Of a DNA stretch of 64,000 nucleotides, positions 45,959 to 56,500 are shown in pieces. The DNA is taken from IMG/VR virus record IMGVR_UViG_3300032285_000379. One strand, written 5' to 3'. The position numbers and the translations under genes were made by a program. The DNA comes from an uncultured virus (IMG/VR IMGVR_UViG_3300032285_000379) (lineage: Duplodnaviria > Heunggongvirae > Uroviricota > Caudoviricetes). Position 1 is the first letter of the stretch. Each line of letters starts with the position of its first letter. The notes under the pieces were generated by a model that was given only the letters and a program-made list of their open reading frames with translations, searched no databases and was not told the origin of the DNA.

Positions 45959-48337
45959 ATGCCATTACAAAAAGTACTGTTTAAACCCGGTGTAAACAAG
46001 GAAAACACCCGCTACACCAACGAGGGAGGCTGGTACGACTGCGACAAGATTCGCTTTCGTCAAGGAACTCCTGAGAAGATTGGCGGGTGGCAACAGATTT
46101 CCACTTACACATATGAAGGAACTTGCCGTTCTTTGTGGTCTTGGGCCTCATTGGGCGGCATTATCTACATAGGGGTTGGTACTTACGCAAAGTTTTATAT
46201 TGAGCAGGGCGGGGCTTATTACAACATAACTCCCAACCGGGCAGTACAGATGGGCTTGAGCGGCCCATTTGCGGCAACTTACAACTCAACAACAGTAACC
46301 GTTACAGACGCAGCGCATGGATGCGCTACTGGAGACTACGTAAACTTTCTTGGTGCGGTTGCGTTGAGCAATCAAACGTTTACACGATCCACAGCCACAA
46401 ACTTCACATTAACCACGGCGCTGGTTGCAAACACTCCGGTGCGTTTATACACATCTACCGGCGGCTCTTTACCGACCGGCTTGCTGGAAGGCGTTGAGTA
46501 CTACATCAAAGTGGTATCTGGCACAACGGTTCAGTTTGCTTCTGTTGTTGGTGGATCTGCCATCACCACAACCACCGCAGGCTCAGGCACTTTCTATCTG
46601 TATGTAAACAGAGGTTTAACGGCAGATGTATTGAATCAGAGCTTTGCAGTCACAGTACTCACTGCAAACACATACACAATCACAACCCCTGTTGCAGCCG
46701 GTGTGTACGACACAGGAAGCGGTGGAACTGTAAACGCTTACTATGAGATTCCAATAGGAGCTGATGAGCCGCAGGCTATCAGCGGCTGGGGTGCAGGATC
46801 ATGGAGTTCTGGCGCTTGGGGCATAGGAACATCAAGCATTACAGGCGCACGAATTTGGTATCAGAATAACTTTGGGCAAGACTTGGTATATGGTTATCGT
46901 GGCGGTGTTATGTACTATTGGAATCAATCTTATGGTACTTACCCAAGCGCAGTCACTATTACTATTGCCACTCCGGGTGTTTTTACATACCAATCAGCCG
47001 TTCTTATCAACGGCATGGCGATAACTTTGTCTACAACTGGAAGCCTGCCAACAGGCTTGACTTCAGGTACGGTTTATTATGTTGGAGGCGTATCAAGCAC
47101 AACGTTTAAACTGGCAACAACTTATGCCAACGCAATTGCTGGGACATACATAACCACAAGTGGAACGCAGAGCGGTACACATTATGTAATATCAAACGGC
47201 ATTCCGGTCACATCCTTGGGTGGCGCATCAGATGTTCCTGCATATGTGAATCTGGTGATGGTGTCAGATGCCAGCCGTTTCACCATTGCATTTGGATGCT
47301 CCGCATACGGAGCAACAGACACACAAATAGATCCGATGTTGATTCGTTGGTCAGACCAAGAATCAGTGGTTAACTGGACTCCTGCGGTGACAAACCAAGC
47401 GGGTTATCTAAGGCTGTCCCACGGATCGCAGATTGTGACCGCTGTGCAGACCCGTCAGGAGATTGTTGTCTTTACAGACACATCCATGTATTCGCTCCAG
47501 TACCTTGGCCCACCCTATGTGTGGGGTTCTCAGCTTTTGGCTGACAACGTTTCTATTGCTGGGTACAACACAGCCATCGTGGCTTCTGGTGTTATCTATT
47601 GGATGGGAGTAGACAAGTTCTATAAATACGATGGTAGAACTCAGACATTGCGCTGCGATCTGCGTCAGTTTATTTATGGCGACATCAATCTTGACCAGCA
47701 AACCCAGTTCTTTGCTGGAACAAATGAGGGCTTCAATGAGGTCTGGTGGTTCTATTGCACCGCAGGATCTATGGTGATTGACCGTTATGTCGTCTACAAC
47801 TACGTAGAAGATGTTTGGTATTACGGATCTATGGGCAGGACAGCATGGCTGGATTCCGGTTTGACAAACTACCCTGTCGCAGCCACATACAACAACAATC
47901 TGGTTTTCCATGAGTATGGGATTGACGACAATGCAACCAGCACAACCCAGCCAATTGAGGCATACATCACCTCATCGCAGTACGACATTGGCGACGGACA
48001 CAATTTTGGGTTTGTTTGGCGTATCGTGCCTGACCTTACCTTCCGTGGATCGTCTACCTCTGGGGAGACTCCGCAAGTCACAATGTACTTATTGCCGCTT
48101 CAGAACTCAGGATCTGGATACAACGATCCGGTTGAATCAGGCAATCAGTCTATCGGCGGGGTCAGCTATGCCAACGTAGACCGTATCGGTACGTATACGG
48201 TGGATCAGTTTACCGGGCAGATCTACACAAGGGTGCGTGGTCGCCAGATGGCTCTGAAGATCTCATCCAATCAGATCGGCACAACATGGCAGCTTGGCGC
48301 TCCTCGTATTGACATCAGACCGGACGGTAGACGCTGA
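45959..48337 (+). CDS. Tail tubular protein B/stabilization protein
   Basis: IRWSDQE, NEVWWFY, RTAWLD, RVRGRQ; size and position. Confidence 0.75.
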   Translation: MPLQKVLFKPGVNKENTRYTNEGGWYDCDKIRFRQGTPEKIGGWQQISTYTYEGTCRSLWSWASLGGIIYIGVGTYAKFYIEQGGAYYNITPNRAVQMGLSGPFAATYNSTTVTVTDAAHGCATGDYVNFLGAVALSNQTFTRSTATNFTLTTALVANTPVRLYTSTGGSLPTGLLEGVEYYIKVVSGTTVQFASVVGGSAITTTTAGSGTFYLYVNRGLTADVLNQSFAVTVLTANTYTITTPVAAGVYDTGSGGTVNAYYEIPIGADEPQAISGWGAGSWSSGAWGIGTSSITGARIWYQNNFGQDLVYGYRGGVMYYWNQSYGTYPSAVTITIATPGVFTYQSAVLINGMAITLSTTGSLPTGLTSGTVYYVGGVSSTTFKLATTYANAIAGTYITTSGTQSGTHYVISNGIPVTSLGGASDVPAYVNLVMVSDASRFTIAFGCSAYGATDTQIDPMLIRWSDQESVVNWTPAVTNQAGYLRLSHGSQIVTAVQTRQEIVVFTDTSMYSLQYLGPPYVWGSQLLADNVSIAGYNTAIVASGVIYWMGVDKFYKYDGRTQTLRCDLRQFIYGDINLDQQTQFFAGTNEGFNEVWWFYCTAGSMVIDRYVVYNYVEDVWYYGSMGRTAWLDSGLTNYPVAATYNNNLVFHEYGIDDNATSTTQPIEAYITSSQYDIGDGHNFGFVWRIVPDLTFRGSSTSGETPQVTMYLLPLQNSGSGYNDPVESGNQSIGGVSYANVDRIGTYTVDQFTGQIYTRVRGRQMALKISSNQIGTTWQLGAPRIDIRPDGRR

Positions 48338-49215
48338 TGGCTACGTTTACACCCAAAACGCTTGACTTTACCAACCCGGTAGCGCCTAACTTACCATTGG
48401 CTCCACAGGAGTATGAACGTCAGTTTCAAGATCAATTTGAAAACATTCTGCGTCTGTACTTTAATCAGCTTGATAATACGTTTGGCTCGTTACTTGGGCC
48501 AACCGGCGGCAAGTATTTAAAGTTTCCGTATGGTGCATTTCATCAAGATGGATACACAACTTTAACTAACGCTATACCAACTTCAGGGTCAACTGCGACT
48601 ATTGTTGTTGGTTCAACTGCTGGGTTTGAATCTGCCGGAACTATAATTATTCAAAAAGAGTTAATTAGCTATACAGGTAAAACTGCCACCACATTTACGG
48701 GCATTACCAGATCGCAGTATGGTTCATCCGGCGCTTCACATGCCGCAGGTGTTTATGTAACAGAAGCTCAGGCAGTGCCTTCCGCAACTACGGCTTTAGC
48801 TGTTCCATTCGATACAACCGATTATAGTAATGAAATATCTTTAGATACCACAGATAGTAGTAAAGTTGTTTTTGCTGTTTCTGGGTTTTACAACATCCAG
48901 TTTAGTATTCAGCTTTTAAACGGTAAAAGTTCAATAGATAACGTAACTCTTTGGTTTAGGCAAAATGGTGTTGACATTCCAAATACGGCTGGAATTGCAA
49001 CTGTTCCCATTGGCCCCGGCACTACTCTAGGCGCTACTATCGTAGCTTGGAATTTAGTTATATCTATAACTGCTGGTGATTATATTCAGTTGATGATGGC
49101 TTCAGATTCTGGAGACACGGTAGCTGGCACTTACCCACCCGGAACAGCACCCGTACACCCGGTATCACCTTCTGTTATTTTTACTGCAACATTTGTGTCA
49201 AGGCTGCCATCATGA
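48337..49215 (+). CDS. Virion protein
   Basis: LRLYFNQLD, GFYNIQFSIQ. Confidence 0.7.
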   Translation: MATFTPKTLDFTNPVAPNLPLAPQEYERQFQDQFENILRLYFNQLDNTFGSLLGPTGGKYLKFPYGAFHQDGYTTLTNAIPTSGSTATIVVGSTAGFESAGTIIIQKELISYTGKTATTFTGITRSQYGSSGASHAAGVYVTEAQAVPSATTALAVPFDTTDYSNEISLDTTDSSKVVFAVSGFYNIQFSIQLLNGKSSIDNVTLWFRQNGVDIPNTAGIATVPIGPGTTLGATIVAWNLVISITAGDYIQLMMASDSGDTVAGTYPPGTAPVHPVSPSVIFTATFVSRLPS

Positions 49216-49249
49216 TACGATCAACTACCCCTGTTTAAATGAGGCAAAT

Positions 49250-50971
49250 ATGAGTTTACAGCACACTGCCAACAACTTAGCTGCTCATGGCAGAGGCCCG
49301 GACACGATCCTTGTCCACATGACTCCCGGAGAGCTGAAGAGTTTAAACGACTTGGCGATGGCTCACGGCGGGCATATCACTATCAACCCTGATACGGGTT
49401 TACCCGAAGCAGGCTTCTTGTCATCCATTCTTCCTATGGTTGCTGGCGCAGCACTTGGCCCGGCAGGTATGGGTTTATTTGAATCTGCGGGTATGGCTGG
49501 CCTTGGTGTAGGCGCTTTAACTGGATTGGCTACAGGCAGTCTTTCTAAAGGCTTGATGGCTGGCATGGGCGCTTATGGCGGCGCAGGTTTGGGTGAAGCG
49601 TTGGCTAAATCAGGCATGGAAGCCTCAACAGCGGTGGAAGCACAAAAGCAAGCATTAGCAGAATCCAATAAAGCATTAGCTGACGCAGCACAACGAAACA
49701 CATTGTTCCAAGACTCCACAGCCTTAAAACCTGAACTTACATCGCAAGGCGCAGATTTAATGGCAAAGCAACAAGCCGCAAATCAAGGTTTGAGCAATGT
49801 CGTGGAGAATGCCAGACAGTCCTATGCCGATAGCGGGATCATGGGCAAATTTGGCACTATGGGTGAAGGTCTGAAAACAGGCTTTGGCAATATTGCAAGC
49901 AATGCCGGTGGCAATATGGGCTTAGCTAAATACGGGTTGGCTGCGGCTGCTCCTGCTATTGGGGAAATGATGCAACCCAAAAAGCAAGAGCCTATGAAGA
50001 TGGACAACAATCCCGGACAACAATATAACTACACGCCCGGCACGTTGCAAGGGCCGTATACAGCCGACCCAAGCGGTAGAGAGCGGCAGTATTTCAATCA
50101 TCAGTACACCCCACGATATGCTGATGGCGGTACGGTTGAACCGGGTACTCCTACGAAGTACTCCTATGACCCAATGGCGCAGATGTTCAATAAAATTGAA
50201 TCCACACCATCGGATGACCAGAATAAACAAAAAGCTGAAACCCAAGCACAAATAGAACATAGCAGTGGCGGGAAAAATGCCAATTCTTATACCCCGCCGG
50301 GCGATCCGTCAGGTTTTCAAACGCCCGGAGAATTAGCTTCCAATAGAGCAATGTTTTTACCAACTGTTTTGAATCTTTTAACGCCATTTCCAATTAAATT
50401 AGCAATGGATGCTCTTGGCGTTTCACCATTTGGATCAACTTCATCCGGCGGTGTAAGCAAAAGCAGTGGAAGTCCTATGGCTGGCGTTTCGTTTAAAGGT
50501 GATGTTGGTCAGGTGGCTAATGCCGTAACAACGGGCAATCTTGCAGCCGCCGCTGGTGGTAGTGGCGGCATGGGTAATGTTGGCATTGGTAATGGCGCTA
50601 CAGCATCTGGCGTAGGAACAGGAATTGGTAGTGTTGGAAGTAGCGGCGGCGGCTTGAAAGACGGCGGTTTATCTGATGGTCACTTCAACCTTGGCGGTTA
50701 CTCAGACGGCGGCAGATTATTGCGTGGCCCCGGTGATGGCGTATCAGACTCTATTCCTGCGACCATAGGTCATAAGCAACCAGCTCGACTGGCTGATGGT
50801 GAGTTTGTTGTACCCGCTCGGATTGTTTCTGAGTTGGGCAACGGATCAACTGAAGCTGGCGCACGCAAGCTGTATGCCATGATGGACAGAGTTCAGTCCG
50901 CACGCAGTAAGACCGTCGGCAAGGGAAGAATTGCAAAAAACAGCAGGGCTGATAAGTATTTGCCAGCATGA
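49250..50971 (+). CDS. Putative internal virion/ejection protein
   Basis: GRGPDTILVHM, INPDTGLPEA, GPGDGVSDSIPA, LADGEFVVPA. Confidence 0.7.
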   Translation: MSLQHTANNLAAHGRGPDTILVHMTPGELKSLNDLAMAHGGHITINPDTGLPEAGFLSSILPMVAGAALGPAGMGLFESAGMAGLGVGALTGLATGSLSKGLMAGMGAYGGAGLGEALAKSGMEASTAVEAQKQALAESNKALADAAQRNTLFQDSTALKPELTSQGADLMAKQQAANQGLSNVVENARQSYADSGIMGKFGTMGEGLKTGFGNIASNAGGNMGLAKYGLAAAAPAIGEMMQPKKQEPMKMDNNPGQQYNYTPGTLQGPYTADPSGRERQYFNHQYTPRYADGGTVEPGTPTKYSYDPMAQMFNKIESTPSDDQNKQKAETQAQIEHSSGGKNANSYTPPGDPSGFQTPGELASNRAMFLPTVLNLLTPFPIKLAMDALGVSPFGSTSSGGVSKSSGSPMAGVSFKGDVGQVANAVTTGNLAAAAGGSGGMGNVGIGNGATASGVGTGIGSVGSSGGGLKDGGLSDGHFNLGGYSDGGRLLRGPGDGVSDSIPATIGHKQPARLADGEFVVPARIVSELGNGSTEAGARKLYAMMDRVQSARSKTVGKGRIAKNSRADKYLPA

Positions 50972-51429
50972 GTTACGTAATCACTTTAGAAAAGTTCACC
51001 GATACATACTTGGAGCTTGAACCCTTGTATCGGCAGCACTATAAAGAGATGACGGATCGTTTAAACGCTGAAGGATTTGAGTATTCTCCGTATAACCCAA
51101 GGCTGGATGAATATGGAAATGCTTGTGAAAGAGGTGATTTGCTGACCTTTGTGCTTAGGCTAGAAGGTGTTGCCTGCGGTTACATCAACGTTTACATATC
51201 AAGAGATATGCATAACCAAGACTTAATCGCAATGGAAGACACCATTTTTGTGGTCAAAGAACATCGCAACGGAGTTGGCAAAAAACTTGTTCAGTTTGGG
51301 TTAGATGAATTGAAGAGCCGGGGAGTAAAACGGTTGCTTGTGTCAGCAATGACTGATTTGCGTGTGGCAAAACTTTGGGGCCGGATGGGCTTCAAAGAAG
51401 CAGCAACACAAATGATTTATAGATTTTGA
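50968..51429 (+). CDS. GNAT-family acetyltransferase
   Basis: IFVVKEHRNGVGKKLV, LWGRMGF. Confidence 0.8.
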   Translation: MSYVITLEKFTDTYLELEPLYRQHYKEMTDRLNAEGFEYSPYNPRLDEYGNACERGDLLTFVLRLEGVACGYINVYISRDMHNQDLIAMEDTIFVVKEHRNGVGKKLVQFGLDELKSRGVKRLLVSAMTDLRVAKLWGRMGFKEAATQMIYRF

Positions 51430-51438
51430 GGTTTAAAC

Positions 51439-53538
51439 ATGTGCCAATCGTCACCATCAGTTCCATCTAGCACCACATCAGTTGCAGAGTTGCCAGATTG
51501 GGCAAAAGATTACGCTAAAGATACGTTAGCTAAAGGCGCAGCCTTAACTGACATCAACAAGAACCCATACCAAAAATTTGGCGGCGAGCGTGTCGCAGGG
51601 TTTCAGCCGCTTCAAGAGCAGTCGTTTAAAACAGTAGCCGGTTTAGATGCTGGGCCAGAAGGCTTCTCCAAAGGCATTAGCAGCTACATGTCTCCGTACA
51701 TGCAGAATGTGGTGGACATTGAGAAGCGTGAAGCTGGTCGTCAGTCCGCTATTGCTGGCACTCAACAGCAAGCCCAAGCCACACAGGCTGGCGCTTTTGG
51801 CGGCGGCAGAGATGCAATCATGCGTGCGGAGCGTGAACGCAACCTCGCTCAGCAAATGGGTGACATTCAATCCAAAGGCTCTCAGGCCGCATTTGAGCAA
51901 GCAGCCAATCAATTCCGTCAGGGCGTTACTCAGCAATCAGGTCTTGCTGGACAGCAGGCTGCACTTGGTCAAGTCCAACAACAGCAAGCTCAGCGACCAA
52001 TGGATATTGCGTATCAAGATTTTTTGAACCAGCAAAACTATCCATACAAGCAAATTGGATTTATGTCCGACTTGATTCGTGGTTTGCCACTGGGTCAGAA
52101 GTCCACTCAACAGACGTACGAAGCCCCGGGTAGTTTGATGGGCCAACTTGGTGGTTTGGGTATGGGTGCGTACGGCTTGTCCAAGATGGGAGCATTTGCC
52201 GAAGGCGGATTGACCTATGCAGATGGCGGCGTAACCGACCCCAACAATATTGAATCAATTCTTGCAAAGCTAAGCGATGCACAATTGCAACAAGCCAAGA
52301 AATCCGCTCTTGACCGCAGAGACATAAATGAAGCTCAAATGATTGATGCAGAAATTGCCAAACGGGCAAATATGCGTCAGTCCACTCCGCCAAACATGGG
52401 TGGTATTGCCCCCGCAGTGACAGATCAATTCGCCAACGACATGGAACAAAACATGGCAACCGGCGGTATTGTTGCTTTTGCTGATCGTGGCGTGGTTACC
52501 GCAGGTGATGATTACAGCCATGAGGGCATGAGGACATCTGACTCCATCAGTGTGCCTAAAGCTAAAGCCAAAACAGCCGCAGTTCCTGAGTCTATTAAAC
52601 CTGCTGTTACCGCCCTATCTCAGCAAACTGGGCAACCAGAAGAAGACATCATGGCTAGAGTTCCCGGCCTGATGGATATGTTCCAGAAGCAATATGCTCC
52701 TTTGATTGAGCAGCAAAGGGCTATGGTTGAGCAATCTAAGCCTGATACACAGGCTATGAAAGAGCAAGGCTTGGCTCAGGCGTTAACTCAGTTTGGTTTC
52801 AAGATGGCGGCTAATGCCGCCCGTCCCGGAGCAAGATTCTTGGAAAGCGCATCTGCTGCAACCCCAGAAATCTCCAATGCAGTGATAGACATGAACAAGT
52901 TAATGTCTGCCAAACAAGACAACTACAACAAGATGAAGATGGAGCAGGCAAAGTATGAGAACGCTTTGCAGATTGGCAACATGAAAGATGCCACCGTCTT
53001 GGCTGGTCAGATCCGTCAAAGCCAACAGACCGACAAGCAGATCAGAATGCAGCAAGACCAGCTTGCTGAGCAAATCCGTGCGCATGGTGTTAGTGAGAGT
53101 CAAACTGATAGACAACTTGGCATCATGGCTCAAAATGCCGCCACATCTGCGGCTAACAAACCAGAAACATTGCAAGGACTTGCTGCCTTGTACATGAAAA
53201 ACAATCCCGGCATGGACTTCAACACCGCTATGGAGAAAGCCTCCAGAAGCAGATACGGCATGTCGGCAGACATCAGAAGCAATACAGCCTTACTGCAAGC
53301 GCAGGAGAAGGCCAGAGAGGCTGTGGATAAGTTGCCAAAGTACGCAATACTTGGGCTTATGTCTCCATCTGACCCCAAATATCCAGCCTTAAAAGCTGAA
53401 TATGAACAAGAAATCGCAGCAAGAACACAGGCATTGATGCCACAAGATAGCGGCATTAGCTCGGCCTTGCCAACCACAAAAGCTCCAGCAGGCGGAGCGA
53501 CTATCATGCGATTTGACTCCAAAGGCAACCCCATTTAA
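51439..53538 (+). CDS. Putative internal virion/ejection protein
   Basis: YMSPYMQNVVD, AGAFGGGR, Q/A-rich helices. Confidence 0.7.
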   Translation: MCQSSPSVPSSTTSVAELPDWAKDYAKDTLAKGAALTDINKNPYQKFGGERVAGFQPLQEQSFKTVAGLDAGPEGFSKGISSYMSPYMQNVVDIEKREAGRQSAIAGTQQQAQATQAGAFGGGRDAIMRAERERNLAQQMGDIQSKGSQAAFEQAANQFRQGVTQQSGLAGQQAALGQVQQQQAQRPMDIAYQDFLNQQNYPYKQIGFMSDLIRGLPLGQKSTQQTYEAPGSLMGQLGGLGMGAYGLSKMGAFAEGGLTYADGGVTDPNNIESILAKLSDAQLQQAKKSALDRRDINEAQMIDAEIAKRANMRQSTPPNMGGIAPAVTDQFANDMEQNMATGGIVAFADRGVVTAGDDYSHEGMRTSDSISVPKAKAKTAAVPESIKPAVTALSQQTGQPEEDIMARVPGLMDMFQKQYAPLIEQQRAMVEQSKPDTQAMKEQGLAQALTQFGFKMAANAARPGARFLESASAATPEISNAVIDMNKLMSAKQDNYNKMKMEQAKYENALQIGNMKDATVLAGQIRQSQQTDKQIRMQQDQLAEQIRAHGVSESQTDRQLGIMAQNAATSAANKPETLQGLAALYMKNNPGMDFNTAMEKASRSRYGMSADIRSNTALLQAQEKAREAVDKLPKYAILGLMSPSDPKYPALKAEYEQEIAARTQALMPQDSGISSALPTTKAPAGGATIMRFDSKGNPI

Positions 53539-53549
53539 ACGAGGAAACT

Positions 53550-56500
53550 ATGACCATTCAAGCCCAATTAGCAGATGGTCGTGTTCTTGAATTTCCCGAC
53601 GGCACTGATCCGTCAGTTGTTCAGGCTACCGTCAAAAAGGTCATTGCTAACCCAATGGCGGCTCAGTCAACCGCATCTTTGGAATCAGCTAAAGCCGCAC
53701 CATTTTCCTTTGGAGATATAGCCAAATCATTTGGCGCTGGCGTAGTTGGCGGGGCGAAGAGTCTGGTTGACGTGGTTGGCGCTGGTTCTGGTGTTTCCCA
53801 AGGATTGGGCGAAGCCCAAGATTACCTACAGAGAAGTCTTTCTCCTGAGCGTCAAGCTGAGATAGCTAGAGATCAGGAACTAATGAACCGTGCGCAGGAT
53901 AAAGGTATTGGCTCTGAAATCATGGCTGGCCTCAAGACTGTTGCCCATGCTCCGTTCCAAAGCATTGCGCAGGGCGTAGGATCGTCCTTGCCTGCGATTG
54001 TGGGTGGACTTGTCACTTTGCCGGAATCGGCCCCTGCTGCGCTTGCATTGGGTGTCCAAAGGGCATCTAGCTTATTGATCGCCGCAGCCCAAGGTGTTGG
54101 TGAGACAAAAGGAAACATCCATGATGAGGTTAAGAAAGCCTACATGGATCAAGGTGTGCCGGAAGCTGAAGCCGCCAAGCTTGCCGTCAAGGCTCAGGAA
54201 TACACCCTTGAAAAAGCCCCAATGCTTATCGGTAGTGCCGCCTTTGGTGCTTTGGATGCACTGACCGGCTTTGAGAAATCTACATCCCGGGCATTAAAAG
54301 ATGCGTTTAAAGGCGAAGAGCGTAAGCTTGAAGGTAAAGGTTTAAAAGCTGCAATAGCCGCATTGCCAGAAAAGGCTCCAGAACTACCTACGCTTGCCAA
54401 GTCTGCATTACATACAGCGGGTGAAGAGGGTCTTACAGAAGCGTTGCAGGGCGGATATGGACAGGCCGCACAGAACATCGGCATGTCTCAGGCTGGGTTT
54501 GAAACTCCAACGATGCAGGGTGTTGGTGGTGCAGCCGCACATGATGCGCTGATTGGGGCCTTGACCGGCGGAGCAATGTCCCCCTTGCATTTCCAAGGAG
54601 CCAAAGCTGATTACGCCGCAGATCAGTTTCTGCGGGAAGTTAAAGGACAACAAGAGCAGGAAAAAGCAAAAGCTGATGCCCTCAAAGAACAACAGGAAAC
54701 GCGGGCCAAGACCGAGCAGGGTTTAAACGTACCCAAGATGCTGGCCCTACCAGCCCCTGCCAAGGCCGCAGAAGAAGAGAAAGACCCGCTTCAAAATCCT
54801 GTTGGTCGTGTGACTGAGGATGAGTTGGGTAAAGCGATTGGCAACAACACGGTTGTCAATTACTTAAACAAGTACCGCAAGGACAACAATCTCCCTAAGT
54901 TGAAGTCATACAGCATCGAAGACATCAAAGATGCCATGACCGCTCAGAACCCAGAGGGTGAAGAAGGTGCTTTAAACGCCATTCTGGCGTACAAGACCAA
55001 TTACCAGAACGAAACCTACACGCCCGAAGATATTCAGAACCGCGCTGTAGCCAAGAATGTTGCCACGGAAACCAAGGGCTTCTCTGATTTCTTGACCCGG
55101 GCCACTGGCAAGTCTGATTTAAACACCATGACGCAGCCGGAATTGCATTCCGTCGCTACGGCTTTGGATGCTTTGCCCCGTACAGGCAAAGAGCAACAGC
55201 TTGTCTTGCCTGAAGGCTCTAACGCCACAAGGTTTACACAAGACCAATACAACCAAGGCGTAACCCAAGCTTTGATGAATGTCAAAGAAGGCAAGCCTGT
55301 AACTTTGGATCAAGCCAGAGAAGCAATCAAAGCCCAGACAGATCTCAAGACCGATAGAGATGCTGATCATCTTTTGAAGACCGCAGCTTCAAATGAAGAT
55401 TTGATTGTTGAAAAAGGAACAGGCTTTCAAGCTGTCAGCCCCGGAGGCACAGTCCTTGGCACATACGGAACAGAAGCAGAGGCCAAGCGTAAACATCGTC
55501 GTGCAGACATTCTGCCTGTTGAGACTCAGTTGGTACGTGCGCCAGAGGAAGTTAATCAAGAGAAGGTTGCTCAACTGCCAGAAGGCTATGAGATCAACAA
55601 GAAAACCGTGGCTGGAGAAGCTGGCCCGGCGGCATATGTTGTTCGTGAAGATGGCTCACAAACAAACGCATCGCAGACATTTGCAGATGAGGCTGATGCC
55701 AAAGATCGTTTAAACATTCTGGCCCGCAAACGAGAAGCCAATGCCGTTGCCGAGGAAGCTGCTGCCGACCGCATTCGTCAAGATCTTAAGAAGAGACAAT
55801 CCAAAATTGCCCAAATGGAAGCTGATGGGCAGACTGACACTGCTGAACACAAGAACGCAGTTGCCGCATTTCAAGCCGCCAATGTGGCTGGCAGTGCCAA
55901 AATCACTGAACATTTGGATAAGGCTGAGGCTTTCCGCAAGCCGCTGAAAATTGTTCCGCTTGGCAAAAAGACAGCCAAGGTAGAGAAACATACGGTCATC
56001 AAAAAAGGTAAAGAGGTTGCCAGCTTCCCTGACAGAGTTAAGGCTGAGCAACATATTCTTGCCAGCGCCAGCGAAGCAGAGCTTCAAGCTATTGCCGACC
56101 GTGGCGGTATCTTTGGTAAACGTGCGCAGACTGAACTGCAAGATCGTCAACGCACTGAGCCGGGCATCAAGGTCAAGGGAACCGCTGAAGGTTTAGAGAA
56201 AGCCGGTGTTCGCACGCCGGAGGTGGAAGCCAAGCTTAAAGAGCTGGAAGCCAAGCTCAAGCCAATGTTGGACAAGTTTGGTCTGGGCGAAGTTGGTTTA
56301 AACGTTGTGCGGGCCATAGAGAATGACGCAGAAGGCGCTTGGGGTGGCTTAAACAACCTGATCCGTATTGCCTTTAACGCAGACAATCCTATCCGCACTA
56401 TGCGCCATGAGGCGCTACACGCACTAAAAGATCTTGGGTTCTTCACTCCCCAGCAGTGGGAAGCTCTGAAGCGTGAAGCCAAGAAGACTTGGGTAGACAA

